Part shown: piece after piece, positions 13,301 through 29,800 of the stretch
How the letters are laid out: every line of letters starts with the position of its first letter
Numbering within the stretch: the stretch's first letter is position 1
DNA from: Octopus bimaculoides
Taxonomy: Eukaryota
Length of the DNA: 64,000 bases
Assembly (NCBI RefSeq): GCF_001194135.2
Contig: NC_068990.1
Span: forward strand, 88,365,180-88,429,179
Direction: 5' to 3'
Translations under genes and position numbers: made by a program
Notes under the pieces: model-generated
Seen by the model: only the letters and a program-made list of their open reading frames with translations
Told to the model about the DNA's origin: nothing
The model's database searches: none

Positions 13301-14832
13301 ATTTCCTAGGTAAAGTCTATGCTCCAGATGCAACCTACAGACTTCTACAGACGAGGTCTTCACAACTGCACAACGCAATGAGAGAAGTGTGTTACCACTG
13401 GTGATGGCTATGTAGAGAAGGACTAATAATGATGCCAAGTTTTGTTTATCCCAGTCCCTGGGAAGTGGGTGAAGGGAAATCTTTAATGAATACCCCTCGT
13501 ATACTAATTCACAAGATGATGATGAAAGTGAAATTATCTTTGTGTTCTAAGGCAAAAACAGTAATGTCATGAATTTTGCTGTGGCTTGCCATATTTAGTT
13601 ATATCCTTTTATATTCTGGGTTTAATATTTTTAACAGAATGTATTTTGCTTTCAATACTTCTGATGTTGATAAAAGAAGTGCTAGTGAAGAAATGAGGTT
13701 ACTTTATATTCATGTATCCTCACTGCAAAATGTGTGGCAATATGCTTATATGAAGAACTGCTACCAACAATATTGTTACCATCAACAATAATTATAATTA
13801 CATTGTTGTTTAGGGTGATGTATTCACAGAATCATTCTGGCTTCAGACAAAATGTGTTGTATTTTTCTAAATCTTTGACTTTTGAGTACAAATCTTATTA
13901 ATGTTAATTTTCCCCTTCCAGGGGCCAATAAAATGTAGGGGCCAATTTAATTTTATTGGTCCTTTCAGGGCCAAATTAATTAATTAGCCCCAACCTCAAA
14001 CTTTTGGCCTTCTTTCTATGTGAGAAATTAATAGTATTGTTGTTATTTTTCATTCTTCTCTATTTTATTTTGACTCTAGATATTCAGATCCATTTTGTGA
14101 AAGTAAAAGATGCAGCCCTGGATGTAACTGAGAAAACATTATGGAGTAAGGAAAAAGTAACAGCAGATGCATGTGCTGAAAAATGTTTTTCTGACAAAAG
14201 TTGTGTATCATTTGAAATAATAAAAGCAAGTGGACTCTGTTACTTATTAAAAAAAACTGCAGCTTCCTCCAAAATAAAAACAGACCAAAGTAGAGATTAC
14301 TACCAACGAGTAAAATGTAATTATTCTTTGTATTTTATTATTGGAATTCCCTTTTCCATTTTTTTCTGATATTTCTGATTCCATTCCTACTTCATAATAT
14401 ATAGACAACCATCCCTTTAAAGATAGAGAGATTTACCAATAAGGGCAGATATAAAGACATTGCTGCAAAAAAAAAAAAAAAAAAAAAAAAGAAAGAAAGA
14501 AAGAAAACAGTAAAAGGAAGTGTATACTGTTAAGGTATTCCAATATGGCAAATGTTCACCTTGAACAATTTTAATGCTTATTTTCATTTTCTTTTATCTT
14601 CTTTGATGTTCTTTTACATGTTTGAATCATTGGATTGCCGTGTACCCAAACCACTTACCAAGATGTTAAATGATGATGATATATGCATGGCTATGTGGTA
14701 AGAAGCTTACTTCCGAACCACATGATTCTGGGTTCAGTCCTGCAAGGTACCTTAGGTGTCTTCTACTATACCCTCAGGTTAACCAAAGCCTTGTGAGTGG
14801 ATTTGGTAGATGGAAACCAAAAGAAGCCTGTC

Positions 14833-14886
<54 letters not shown>

Positions 14887-16575
14887 TTGGAAATGGATAT
14901 GTGGCATTCAATCAAATAATAATAATAAATGATATATACATACGTATGCATATATACACACACACACATATGTACATACATACATATATTTGTATATAGG
15001 TATGCATATATGGATACAGTATGTCACAAAATGTACCCAACATGAAATACGAAAATAACATTGAGTGCGCAAAGAATGAGAGGAACAAATGGAAAACAAG
15101 ACAAGAATTTTCTTCCAGCATTTGCTACCTTACCTTGTCTGAGCCTAACGGCCTTCCCTATTTGTATTCGTTTGGTTTGTTGTATGTCCTGTTTTTGTTA
15201 CCAACTTTGACCCTCTGCAAATACCCAATTTTTTAATTTCGGTTCATGGGAGCAACTGCCTTCAAAGTCTTGCTCTTGGAGTTCAAGGAAATCTTGGACA
15301 GTAGGGTTCCTCAATTATCCCTAGAGGCCTTCCTGTATCAGGAGGGCCACATCTCTATCAACCACCCTGCCATATTTTTTTTAAAAACCTTTGTTTGCTA
15401 TGCATATGTCCCTTCATTTTCAGTATATGCTGTGTATACTTACTTTCTTTCTCTCTTCCATTTTTTAAAAATCATTTCCTTATATGTAAATCCCCACAAT
15501 TTATGTCTGTCTTTGTATTGAACACCCCCATCCTTCACTCTTGTGGCAAATAAATGAACTCATTACTATTATTAATCATCATGAGACATTGTTGTTGTCA
15601 TCATCATCATTATTATTTCATAGATATTTTAAAAGTATTAGATAATTATGTAGAAGTACAAGTAATTGAAATTGTAATTTTGAATAAAATATGAGAAAGC
15701 TATCTCATGCTTTGTTGTTTAAATGGACAAACAAATCCAGCCACAAAATAGTTTTTCAGCATAAGACACCCTTCTCAGAATTAATGTGAATTCTAGTACA
15801 TCATGAGACATGCTTCAAACTTTACCCCAGAGCTTAGGTTGTTCATACTCCATTTGTATATCCCTCTCTCCATGGTGTGTTTTGTTGAAGACTGAATGGC
15901 CATAGCAACACTTGATACATGGTTTGACCACCTGTTTAGGGGAGAGTTGACCCTACAAAATTACATTACTTAAAGAGAGCTGTACAGATGTATTGTAGAA
16001 GAACAAGTGTTATCTGGAGCCTAAGTATTGAGACAAGGTTTCAAATAAGTCTGAAGATGTTCTACAACTCATATGCATTCTGATTTGCATGTCATTTTGT
16101 GAATCAATTATTTGTTGATAATAAATTATCCATTTACAAACTTATACTCTGCTTGCTTTACAATATTTGTGTTTGGGTGTGTTTGGGCAAGTTGATGAGC
16201 ATAAAATGTATATCTTGGTTTCTTTTTCTTTTACCAGCTGACGAGCCCTTGAAGCTTAAGCAAGTTAATATACCAAAGGCTGTTATTTTAGAACAGCTTA
16301 AAGATAAGACCTTAAATGAGTGTAATGAAGCTTGTCAAGAATATGAAGGATGTAATTCTTATGAGTACAATGAGAAGGATAAACTGTGTGGTCTAAGCAA
16401 TGTGACACAGTTGACTGGTGAACTTAAACCCAACATTGGAAATTGGGATGTTTATATCATTAACCCAGGTCAGCAGAGTATTTCTATTTTATTTATGTGT
16501 GATTATGTCTGTGTGTATTTACATATATGCATCTGTAGGAAAATATACATACATACATACATACATACATACATG

Positions 16576-16647
<72 letters not shown>

Positions 16648-19600
16648 TTATAGAAAAACAAAAGATGAAGTGAGGTGTATGAACAACAAGGAGAAAATAA
16701 ACAGAGAGAGAATGAAAAAAGCCTGTAGATTGAGCGGTCAAGCATGGCGACTGATTAGAAAAAAGTTTGAAAGAAGAGGTTGGAAGAAAGGGAAATGATA
16801 AAGTATGGTGATCCCACAGGAAGGTGCATTTGCATGTGTGTGTGTGGAGTGGTGAAGAGTGGGGTGGGATAGTAGCAATGAAGAGAGAAGGTGGGTAGGA
16901 GTGAGACATGGTCTATGATTACAGAGGACATACGAAGGCTGGGAAGAAACAAAACCAACCTGCTCTGCTGGATGTGCATGTATGACAGAGAATAAGTGAT
17001 TTGAGATAAATATTGGGTATATAGCCTATCATATGTAGAGTGCAACAAGAGAAGACTGTACTAGTATTGTCATGTGATGTGTATAGATGAGGACATACTA
17101 GAGAGATAAAGTACACATTGGAAGACCATACATGTTCCGGAAAAACTCTGCTCAAGTAACACAAAAATGGATGACTCAATTTTCATGACCTCATAACTTC
17201 TAACATTTGGTCTTGAAACTCTCCAGATCTCAATCCATTGGCCTATGTGTAGAGCATTGTTGAGAGAGAGAGCAATCAACATCCCCTTAACATCAAGGAT
17301 TCCTTGAAAGCCACCATAGTCAGAGTAATGTCCAATATGAACCATCACCATTTCATTCAGGTATGTGGACAATTCAGATCTTGCAGAAAAGTAGTTATTG
17401 ATGCTGAAGGTTGCTATATTCATTAAGAGTATAAAGATAAACAAGCTTATATATAGAAATGTTTTGTTAATAAAGTTGTTTACTGTTATTATATGTATGT
17501 TTTTCTATGAAACAAATTCTTAAATACCTTACACGTCCTATATATACAGATGTGTGTGAGTGTATACATATATGTGCCTATTTCTATCTGTGTACATGTT
17601 TCTTCAGTATGTTTCAGTCAATATAATTTATTCCAAATTTGTCATTATCTCCTCATGTTTACCCTCCTCCTAACATATACTCACCATTGATACCAATTTC
17701 TTTTGTCATTTCCAGTTTTTACAAGAGTTGATTGTGGACCACCAAAAGACATTGCTGGTGCTTCAAAGTCCTATGAAACCACTACCTATAATTCTGAAGT
17801 AATCTACACTTGTCCAGAAGGAGAAAAATTAAAATCGATATGTGCAGATGACGATAACTGGACCCCAGTAGCATCTTCCTGTAAAGGTAAGGAAAATAGG
17901 CTCTCACTTGTTGCTTGTGTCTATGTAATTTTGTTTTATTTTTGTGTTGAGTATTTTTGTCAGAGGAAGAATTGTTGTGTCCATGACAATTTCCATTGCA
18001 ATAGTGGCTGTTGGAATCCTTAATTATAATAATACAAATAATAATAATGATGCTTTCTAATTTGAGCAAAGAAAACCAATAATTTTCAATGGATAACATT
18101 GAGTTAGTATCATCAACTCCAGTTCTTGACTGGTATGTTATGCTATCGGCCTTTGCAAGAACGAAAGACAAAGTTGACACTGACTGGATTTGAACTGAAC
18201 AAATGAAGATCCTGTATAGCTATCATAAAGAATTTTTATTCTAATTCTGTAATTAGTATACATGTATCCATATGATGTACTCAGTGTAATGTATGGACAC
18301 ACAAGAAGTACAGTGGAATAATAGGAAGGTTATTGGAGAAAGTAGTGTATGTGGAAATGCCTGGGAGTCATAAAAACAAACTGATACCCAGGAAATTGAT
18401 TTTCTCAAATTTCCTAGAGGCTCATTAGAGTTAGTGGATAATTTCTGCTACCTAGGGGACCATATTAGTAGTGGGAAAGGATGTATGGAGAGTGTAGTAG
18501 CTAGAATAAGGATAGGATGGAGAAATTCATAGAGCTTTTACCTCTGTTGACAAACAAAGCTTTTTCTCTCCAAGTGAGAAGATTGTATAATGCATGTATA
18601 TCGACAGCAATTCAACATGGTAGTGATATATGGGCCCTAAATGCAGAGAACATGTGAAGGCTTGAGAGGAATTATTGATTAACTCCTACCTTAAATTTTT
18701 GTCCTTTCTATGTTAGAAATTATTATTATTCTTATTGTTTTTGACTTACATTCGTCTAAATCTTACTTCAATTCCAGTTGCTGAGCTGCATTTTGTGAAA
18801 GTCACAGATGCAATTCTGGATGTATCCGGAAAAATTTTGGTCAAGGAAAATGTAACCATAGATGCTTGTGCTAAAAAATGTTTGGATGATTCAAAGTGTT
18901 TAGCATTTGAAATAACTAAAGGAAGTGGAAATTGTTACTTATCTCAACAAACGGCAGCTTCCACTAAGAAAATTAAATCAGACAAAAGCAGAGACTATTA
19001 CCAACGAATAAAATGTAATTATTATTTGTATTTTATTATTGCTTTTCTTTTTCCTCTTTTTCTGAAATTTGTGAATCCATTTGTACTTCATAGTATATAG
19101 ATAACGATTTCTGTAAAGACATTGACAGATTTACCTATAAGGACAAGCATAGTTGTGTTCCTGAAAAAGATAAAACAATATTAGGAACTGTAAATACTGA
19201 GGGTATTCTCATACAGAATTTGTTCACTTTGAACAATTTTATGCATGTTTACAATAATTCTTTTTTATACCAGAAAGGAAACTCTTGTTGTTTGCCTTAA
19301 ACTTGAATAACTGCATCAGTGGTGGTAGTAGTGGTGGTGGTGGTGGTGGTCGTCGTCGTCGCCGTCGTAGTAGTAGTAGTTGCTGCTGCTGCTGCTGTTG
19401 TTGTTGTTGTTTCCAATTTCAGCCAAATAAAAGCAGATTGAATCAGTGTTAATCAATACAATCAGTCCTAATTCTTGTCTGGTATTATATTGTATCAACC
19501 CTGAAGCAATGAATGGCAAGGTTGACATTAACAGAGTTTGAGCTCAGAATGTAGTAAACTGGAGGGAATACTACAATGTGGCATGGCTTATGCACGTTAT

Positions 19601-21722
19601 CTTGTTGTTCTTCATAATCTGATATACAAAATAGCAGGAAAAGAGATGCCAGTCAATGAAGTTGCATATCTTCTATATATTAGCGTTGCTATTGTGGCTA
19701 GATAACCCTCCTATCTCCAACTATTATACCACATATAATGAGTACATTTTACCATGCTGCTAGAGTTAGAAAAGAAGTCTGCGGTGACTAAAGAATCCTC
19801 TCAACATAAAATAAGTTCCTATTCATGATATAAAAAATCAAAATGTTCAGCAATTTCACCCATTTTGATCAGAAGGATCTTTTCCTTTCCTATCAAAATT
19901 CTTCCTTCTGAAAGCACTGGACATCAGGAGAAATTTACTAGGTGTAGTGATTTCTCTGTCCCACCCATGCTACCATGGAAAGCAGATGTTAAATGATGAT
20001 GATGATGTTGATCATCTCTGAGGAACCATAACTGGTCCAAAGTCATAGACTGCTCTATGATATTCCAGGTATCCTCAAGAAATTCAAGCACATGTACTGC
20101 TCAGGTATAAACAGAGACAGTTGCCTAGCAATTTCATGTCCAGTAAACAGCTATGTCAAAAATAGATTAAAGGAGAGACATAGATGTAAAAATACTGATT
20201 GTTACCAACATGTTACCAACAATTGTTACAACAACTGTTAACTACATTCAACCAAGTAGATATTATTTCAGAATTAAAGTCAGGTACTAGAGAAATGATA
20301 CTCCAACAGAAAGCCTAACAAGTGGAATTTCATAGGAATTTCAAGTTCTGCTCCCACACTATAATAAGAAACTTAGTAGTTGGCATTACTAAAAAATCTG
20401 AGTTATGTTCAGATAATTTTGACAGCAATTTTTTACATTATAACAGGATGCTAACTTAGATTGGTGTTGGAGAGAAACTACTATAAAAAGTATCCTTCAC
20501 CTGCATACCCAAAGAAAATTAGAAAGATAACTTGATTCAATTCTCCTTTCAACCTAAATATCTCTGAGACATTATCAAGTGAATTTTTATTCCGTATTAT
20601 GACATTTTTGAGGTACAGATATGTACCACAAGCTTCTGAATGTGCATGGTGTTAAGGTTGGTTACTTCTGTATGAATACATGGTTCCAGTATTGTGTAAT
20701 ACAAGAGGAAATGCATACACTTATCCCATTCAGCCACCCGTAACTGTCCAAATCAATCCACCTGAGAGCATTCTGACTTTCTCAGGCAGTATTTTACAAA
20801 GCAATTCTCTTAGTGTGCCTGATGGCTCCTGAATGAATTACATGGGACTTGCAGCCAGTGACTTCAAGGAAATTTTGAGTGAGCATATATACTTCTGCAA
20901 GTTCATGCACATGATAAAGTCCACCTACCAGTCTTGTTTTATCTGGAAACTTGAGAAGCAGGAAAATTCTCTACAAAGTACAACCAGGAGCATATTCAAC
21001 TAATCTTTTATGTTTGATTTAATGGCCACAACAACACTTGACTCATTCATCAACCATCTGCTGAAAAGCATTTCGTCCCTATAAAAATACAACATTAGAA
21101 GTGAGGTTATATAAATGTGTTATGTGCAACTTAAGTTTTGAAACACAGTACAAATGAATTTCAGGAGGTGCTACATTTCATATGAATCCTGACTAAGTTG
21201 TCATTTTGTGGATCAATTATTTGTTTATAATAGATTATGTATTTAACACAAATTATGCACCAGATGTTATATAATATTCAATGTGTGAGTTTAAGAATGT
21301 ATTTCTTGTCTTTTTTTCTCTAGCAAAAGAAGAGATTTTTACATTTAAAAGAACTCTCATAAGAGGGGAAGATAGTTTTGAACGACTGACTAATGTGAGC
21401 TTAATGGAGTGTTCTCAAGCTTGTCATCTAAATCCAATTTGTAATTCTTATGAGTACAATGAAAAACTTAACTACTGTGATCGAAGTAATGTGACTCACT
21501 TGACTCATGCCCTTCAACCCAGCGGAGGATATTGGGATGTTTATGTCAGAAACCCAGGTCAGTGGTATTTGTATTTTATTTTTATGTGTGTGCTTTCACA
21601 TGAGTGTGTTTGTATGTTTGCCTTATATATGTGTGTGTGTGTGTGTGTCGATCTGTTTATATATTATCTATTTGTTTATCTATTCATCTGTCTGTCTATA
21701 TATATATGTATATACATACATG

Positions 21723-21775
<53 letters not shown>

Positions 21776-23215
21776 ATACATATATATATATATATAAATA
21801 CACACACACACTCATATATACATTGTGTGTGATGAGCTCATGTTTTGATACTCATTTACAATAAAGAAGCAAATGTTCGTCTTGCAATACATGGTGCAAA
21901 TGGATGCCAAGGAATGAGAAAGGTCTTCATTATTCAGCTGAGAGAGGCTGCCTTGAAATGACTGTTGGTGTTTTTCAATATTTCTTACCTGAAGTGGGAA
22001 GTCTTCGTGGCAAATTTGCAGTGAATATTACCTTTTTTACAGTTGAATGTTCAAATTTATCCTACATAGATTTGAATTGGTCAAAAGTGTTGTTCATATA
22101 CAGCATGCATGCATATACACTCACACCCACCCTTGTTTCAAGAATAAGAATAGGATGGAGGAATTTCAGAGAGCTACTGCTTGCAACAAAAGGACTCTCC
22201 CTCAGAGTGAAAGGTAGATTATATGATGCTTGTGCACAACTGGCTAGTGACACATGGGTTCTGAATACAGAGGACATGCATAGGCAAGAGAAGAATGAAG
22301 GTAGTATGTGATGTTGGATTTGCAACATCAGTGTGCATGACTAAAAAAGTGTGACTTTGTTGAGAGAAAAGTTAGGCATAAGAGGACTTAAATGTGACAT
22401 GCAGGAGAGAAGAATGCATTGGTTTAGACATGTGATGTGTATGAATAAAGACAGCTGTATACAGAAATGCTTGTCGCTGATTGTGGATGGTACCTGTGGA
22501 AAAGGGAGATTAGGAAAACATGGGATGAAGTGGTGACATCCAATCTTAGGATGTTAGGGCTCACAGAGAAAATTACAATGGACCGAGATGTTTGGAAATA
22601 TGAATTCCAGAGAAGACCCACCCACAGTGAAACTGTGTGCTAGAAGCATTGTAACAACAAACTTTTCCAACACCCTACCCTGAGAAACCAAACTACATCT
22701 CCACTTCTAAACTGCATCTTTCTTCTCACATTTCCTCTTCATACACTATAATTGTTTCCTACTCTCTTTCCTGCCCTCCCTACCCACACTGCTCTGTTCA
22801 CTATATTGCTGCTTTCCCCACCCCATTTTTATACCCAGGTTTTCACCAGTCACTGCAATCCCCACTCTGTGCTTGTGCCTTCTTAGAAATACCTGATTAT
22901 ATTTATTATGACCTCTGCACCTCTCTCTTCCTTACTTTACCATCACATCTATTCTCTGTTCCTTGTTACTTGTGAGTATACCCTGGCACTTCATCACCAT
23001 CTCTCTCCTGTTCTCTCTTGCACTTTTGCTTTTTTCCACAATCTTTCTCTTTCCCTAGCCATTTATCTCCTCTACAGCAGCTCACCTGTTTTTATCTTCA
23101 GTCTTGATCACTCTCTCCTTCTCTAGCTTTTCCCTCTGGCTAGTTAACCAAGTATCTCCTTCATGTCAGGACACCTGTTTCTGTCCTCTTTTTTGTACCT
23201 CTCTTTCCCCTTCTT

Positions 23216-23277
<62 letters not shown>

Positions 23278-23780
23278 ATGTACCTCCTTTATAGCAAGAA
23301 ACCTGTTTCTGCATCTTTGTTTCTGTCACACTAACCTTTCATCATCTGACACTAGACCCCTTCCTCAAATGCCCCTACCCCTCTTAAAATTCCCTGTCTT
23401 GCGAGTTACTTGGTGACTCTGCCAGAGCTGGTGCAATGTAAAAAGCATTGAATCCATACTGTAAAGTGGTTGGCATTTGGAGAGGCATCCAGCAGTAACA
23501 ATTATGCCAAAACTGACCTCACTTGTGATAGTGCCATGTAAAAGGCATTGGGTCTACTCAGCTGAGGAGTTGGTGTTAGAAAGGGCATCTAGCTGTAAAA
23601 GCCCTGCCAAAACTGACATAGTAGCCTGGGATAGTCTTCTACTTGGTTGGCTCCTATCAACCATCCTACCCATGCATGCATGGAAAATGGACATTAAATG
23701 ATGATGATGATGACATGTATATATATATATATATATATAAATATATATATATATGTATATATGTATGTATGTATGTATGT

Positions 23781-23836
<56 letters not shown>

Positions 23837-26800
23837 GGATCAAAACAGTATGATTCAAATTTGTTGGTGCTCTTGAGTTTCAAGTGTAATTTTCAGATTC
23901 AAAGTGGCTGACAACTAGCATTACATTTGAAACTCATGAATACCAACAAATTTGAATGAAACTGTTCTGATCCATACATGTAGCTCCCAATAAGTTGGTT
24001 GAGTGTCCTTCTTTCATTTGTCCTTTCACTTGTGTGTGTGTGTATGTATGTATGTATCTGGTGGAGTCGGATATGGCCTAGTCACCCATATAGGTAATCG
24101 GGTTGTTCACAAGTGAGTTATACCCATTGATTGGTGTAGGAGCATTATAGTCAACTGCTACAAAGGCATGGGTCGTGTCCAGGACAGAGATAATTACAGA
24201 GACATCAAATTGCTGGACCAGAGGATGAAAATTACAAATACAATCTGTTACCAGAACAGTAAAACTATGCAAGACTTTGTGACATTCTTTCTGTTATCAA
24301 CATTTCATAGATGGAGCTTTGTATCTTTGTTAGAAACCAGCTCCTTCTTCAGTGGAAGAATTTAAATGATAAAACAGAGGAGAAAAATGCATGCATGCAT
24401 ACATACATACATTTCATTAAGTATGTTTTTATATTCCTGTGCAAATTTCTTCAATTTGATTCACTCATTATTTTTTATTTATTGTATTGTTATTTTTGCC
24501 CTACTCTCACCCACCTCTAAACATACAAGGACCATTTGTGTTAATTTCTCTTTTCAATTCCAGATTTTGTACTAATTGACTGTGGAACTCCAAAAGAAGT
24601 TGTTGGTTCATTGAAGTCCTATAATTCCACCATGTATAAATCTGAAGTCACCTATACTTGCCCAACGGGAGAAAAACTGAAGTCAGTGTGTGAAAAGGAC
24701 AATAAGTGGACTTCAGTAGCATCTTCTTGTAAAGGTAACATAAAATGTTTCTCTCTTGTTGCCTTTGTCTATGTAATTTTGTTTTACTTTTGTTACATGT
24801 CTTTGTCAGAGGATGAGTGGCTAGTTTAGGTAGATTTGTGGCTGGTAGGTGGAAGCTTACAGATCCCAGATGTCCCCAAATACTTGCAAATGGGTGGGAT
24901 GCATTAATTCTGGTCAAGGACCAGGTAATAGTATTAAACTGGGTGATGGATGATGTCTACGAACTGAGAGCTGGAAGTATAGAAACTAATTGTCACCAGC
25001 AAGCTTCAACACAGATTCCATCCACAAAATTTCATCCACAAGACTTAGCTGAGAAGTAAATTTTTCACTACACAACAAAAAACTCCAAGCAAAACCACAA
25101 TGTTATCTCCACTGTTATTCCTCATGTCATCTTGGTTGTTTTTCTCTTAATTTCTAACTTGACTTACTCACCTATACTTTGTGTCATCGATCAAAACCCT
25201 GCACATTATAATACCTTGTGTCCATCTTTACTGAAACATGGCAATACTCTGAAACAGACTTCTGATGCTCTTATCTTACAATCCACCACCCTTAATCCTG
25301 ATAATACTAATAATAATAATAATAAAGAGTCTTGATTTACACACAAAGATAGCAAGTTATGGTGGGAGTTGTTTTGTCAATACCATCAACCATATCATTT
25401 GACTGGTACTTTATGTTCCATCACACAAGTATGAAAGGTGAATGGATAACCAAAAGAACATGAGTACATACCAGAAAGTATTTCTTCAAATTCTCAACGT
25501 AGTATACTTAGCAAACAACTTGCACATGCACACTACCCATTGAAAGCTCCGCATACTGGAAGCCAGCAAGTGTATGGGGTCATCAGGAGAGAATGCACGC
25601 AGTTTCAGGCCCTACCTCACAACAACATCAATGCGCACCAGCCCTGCTTGCTAGATCAACTGGTTATCAAATAAAGCTCAATATTCTTCTAGCCATCCGT
25701 TTTTACTAAATGAATCACTAGGGGAAAATACACAGGTCAACTTCCTGCATGGAAAAAATATTAAAAATTAGCTGTTGACTGAACAGCAATATTATATTTG
25801 ATTAAAATTTCACCCTTGGTGGGTGTTAAAATCATTATGTTAATGACTTATTTTGGTCATGAGATTTACAAGTGACAACCTTGTAAAAACAATCACTTTT
25901 TCTTCATCTCACTAAAAGTATAATTTTGATTTAGAATTTCTTAGCTTGCTACATTCAGTTGTGAGTGTCTATATTTACTACATATTTTTATTTCTTCGCT
26001 AAATTATGAATGTAACGTTAATTTTGTTCTATAAGATCAGTTAAGTGATGAGTTATAGTCCTTGTCATAACTAAGTATAGTTGGTGTCATCCATTTACAT
26101 ACTGGCTTGAAATCACAAGAGACTATATTTCACCTTTCATACTTCTGAGGTTGATGAAATGGGCATTGGTCATATACTGAGGTTGATATATTGTCATGTA
26201 CCTTCACTGCAGAGTGTGTATCTTTAATATTGGTTACTTCAACAATCATTATATTCTTGTATTCTTGTTGTGAAGAGTGATAGATCGACAAAGTCATTTG
26301 AGCATCAGACAAAATGTGTTGTGGGACGTGTTCTGGCTATTTTACTTTTGAGCATAAATCCTGCTGATGCTAACTTTGCTCTTCTTGGGTCAATAAAATG
26401 CAATGCTTGTCTGGTGTAGAGACCAACCCAATAGACTTATTCCACCTCTAAATTTTGGCTTTGCTTCTTTATTGCAATTTATTGTTGTTGTTATTGTTAT
26501 ATTTCATTGCTTCAAATTTTATTTTTTAACTCTAGATTCTCAACTCCATTTTGTGAAAATAAAAGATTCAGCTCTGGATGTAACTGAGAAAACATTGAGT
26601 AAGAATGCAGTAACAGCAGATGCTTGTGCAGAAAGATGTTTTTCTGATGAAACTTGTTTATCATTTGAAATAACTAAAGGAAGTGGTAAATGTTACTTAT
26701 CAAAACAAACTGCAGCTTCCTCCAAGAAAATAAAAATAGACAAAAGCAGAGATTACTACCAACGAGTAAAATGTAATTATTGTTTTTGTACTTTATTATT

Positions 26801-29800
26801 GGATTTTTCCCCCCTCTTTTTCTGAATTTGTGATTCCATTTGTACTTATAGTATATAGACAACAATTTGTGTGAAGACATTGACAGGTTTACCTATATAG
26901 ACAGACATAAACATATTCCAGAAATAAGCAGTATTAAGAACTGTAAATACTATTCAATGTATTCTAATGTGTTTGTTATACACAATATTAAATTATGCAA
27001 TAGTAAGACAATGGGGTTGATGTAATTGACTAGTCCTCTCCCCACAAATTTCAGGCCTTGTACTTTTTGTAGAAGAGACTACTACAACTACTACTACTTT
27101 ATAGATATTTTTAAAATATTACATAACTATGTGGAAGTAGTAGCAAATGAAATTTTGAATAAATTATGAGAAAGCCATCTGATGAATTATGAAAACCTAA
27201 TCCATCCAGAAAATTATGTTTTAGCAAAAGACAATCTTCTCAGAATAAATAAGGATTCTGGTACATCATGAGACACACATGAATGCTCACCTGAATATTT
27301 TGGTTGTACATAATGCTTTTGTACATGCCTCTTCCAATAGCATGCATTTGTTTAATACTGCATGGCCATTACAACAACACTTGATACATTGGTTAGCCAT
27401 CTGTTTAATGGGGTATCGACCTTAATGTTGCCAGTATGTCTGAAGATGTTCTACCTCTCTCTCATGAATTCTTGAAAGGGTGTCATTCTGTGAATCAATT
27501 ATTTCTTTCTTTTACTTTTTAATTGCTTTATAAGATTGCAGCCATGCTGGGGCACTGCCAAAAAGAATTTTGGTCAAATGAGTTAACCATAGTAGTTGCT
27601 TTTTTTTAAAGCCTGGCACTTATTCTAACAGTTTCTTTTGCCAAACTGCTAATTTATTGTGACATAAGCACACCAACACAAGTTGTCAAGCAGTGATAGG
27701 ACACACACACACATACACACACAATGGGCTTCTTTCAGTTTTTGTATGCCACACATAAGGCTTTGGTTGGCCCAAAGCTATAGTAGAAGGCACTTACCCA
27801 AAGTGTCACACAGCAGAACAGAACCTAGAACCATGTGGTTGAGGAGCAAACTTCTTACGACTCAGTCACATCTATGCCTGTTTATAATAAATTTTTCATT
27901 TGCAAAATTATGCTAAGATGTGTTAGAGTGGAGGGGCAAGTATAAAATGTATTTTTTGTTTTCTTTTTTTTTATTTTCAGCTGACAAGCCTCTTCAAATT
28001 AAAAGAGTTAGCTTATCCGAGAAGGAAAGTTTTGGAAGGCTTGCAAATGTGAATTTAAAGAAGTGTAGTGAAGCTTGCTTTCAATATCCGAGTTGTAATT
28101 CTTATGAGTACAATGAGAAAGCTAAATTATGTGATCTGAGCAAAGTGACTCAGTTGACTGATCAATTTAAACCCAACAATGGAAATTGGGATGCATACAT
28201 GATCACCCCAGGTCAGTAGAGCATTTCCATTTAATTTTTTGAGTGTATATATATGTCTCACACACATACATACATACATATGTACATATGTATGTATATA
28301 CATACATACGTACGTATGTACTTACATATGTACATACATGTATGCATACATATATATCTATGTGCAAATTTCTTCTGATTATTTCACTCAATATCTTCTA
28401 TTCTAAATCTGTCATTATCTCTTCATTCTCACCCTCTTCCTAATATTCACTCATCATTAATATCAGTTTTTCTTTCTCACTTTAGTTTACATAAAAATTG
28501 ACTGTGGACCACCGAAAGATATTGCTGACACATCAAAATCTTACAATACCACCACCTATAATTCTAAAGTGACCTATACTTGTCCAGGGGAAGAAAAGTT
28601 TGAATCGATATGTAAAGAAGATGAGAACTGGACTCCGGTGGTGATTGATTGCAAAGGTAATGTATATAGGTTCCCTCTTGTTGCCTTTGCCTAGGTAATT
28701 TTGTTTTATATTTTTGTTAAAGAATGGCTGACTCTGTGAAAATTTCCAGTGTTTGTGGCTGCCTAAAGAAAGAGCAGAGTCTATCCTCAGTCCAGAGGCA
28801 TTCTCAAATGCTTGCAAAAGAGAGTACCTCATTAAAGCTCTCCAATGGTCAGGTAATGTCATTAATCTGCATGACCAATTAAGTCTGCCTTACAATAACA
28901 AGCAGTTTGGAAGTATGTTCCTTCCAGCAGGTTTCTACATAGTTTCCACCCATCAAATTTCATGAATAGTGTTTAATCATGAAGCAAATTTTTAACCACA
29001 TTGCTCAAAATCACCCCAATACCAGATCATTAAGTGGATTTATTACCACCACAGTTATATCTCAGCACTTCTTGATTGTTTCTCTCTTAATTTCTAATTT
29101 GATTTTTCTCACGCCCACTTTGTCATCATCCAAAACTCTCAACTGTAAAATGCCCTGAGTCTTTTATTAAAACTTAGCAATTTTTTGAAATTTCTAATGT
29201 TCTAATGATCTTTCATTACACCATCCTAAATTATGATAATACAAATAATAATGATGGTTCCTAATTTGGGCAAAGAAGCTATCAATTTTTGATAGAAAAG
29301 GATTAATCATTATCATTGACCTCAATACTTGACTGTCATTTTATGTTACTGCTCCCAACACTGCAAGAATGAAAGGCAAAATTGACATTTGCTGGATTTG
29401 AACTGAACACATGAAGAGCCTGAACAAATACCACAAAGCATTCCTTCCATTTCTCTAATTAGTATTCATTTCTACATTTAAAATAAAGGTGATAATGATG
29501 ATGCAGTTCTCCTGAATGAGGAAGAACCTCTATCTATCTGCAATTGAACATCATCATAAACTCCAAGAACAAGTGTCCTCTTCAATTATTGTTCTCTGAC
29601 TTGCAGATTTATGCTCTGTGGTCCCCATCTGCCCTCACTATTTTTTGCGACTCTAAGATCACTTTCAATAACATTTTTCTCCATCCTCATCTTTTTCACT
29701 AGTGAAACTTTAAATGTGCGGATGAGGGGACGTCTTCTCATGAATAGACCTATTTAGTTACTTCCTTTTATATTCTGAGTTCAAGTCCAATCTGGATGTA

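Noticed and set aside
14316-14318. Apparent fifth Cys (QRVKC) at the end of B domains
   Set aside because: The TGT spans the donor (t|gtaatt). In B6, B8 and B9 the base before gtaatt changes (giving R, R, G) while gtaatt is invariant.
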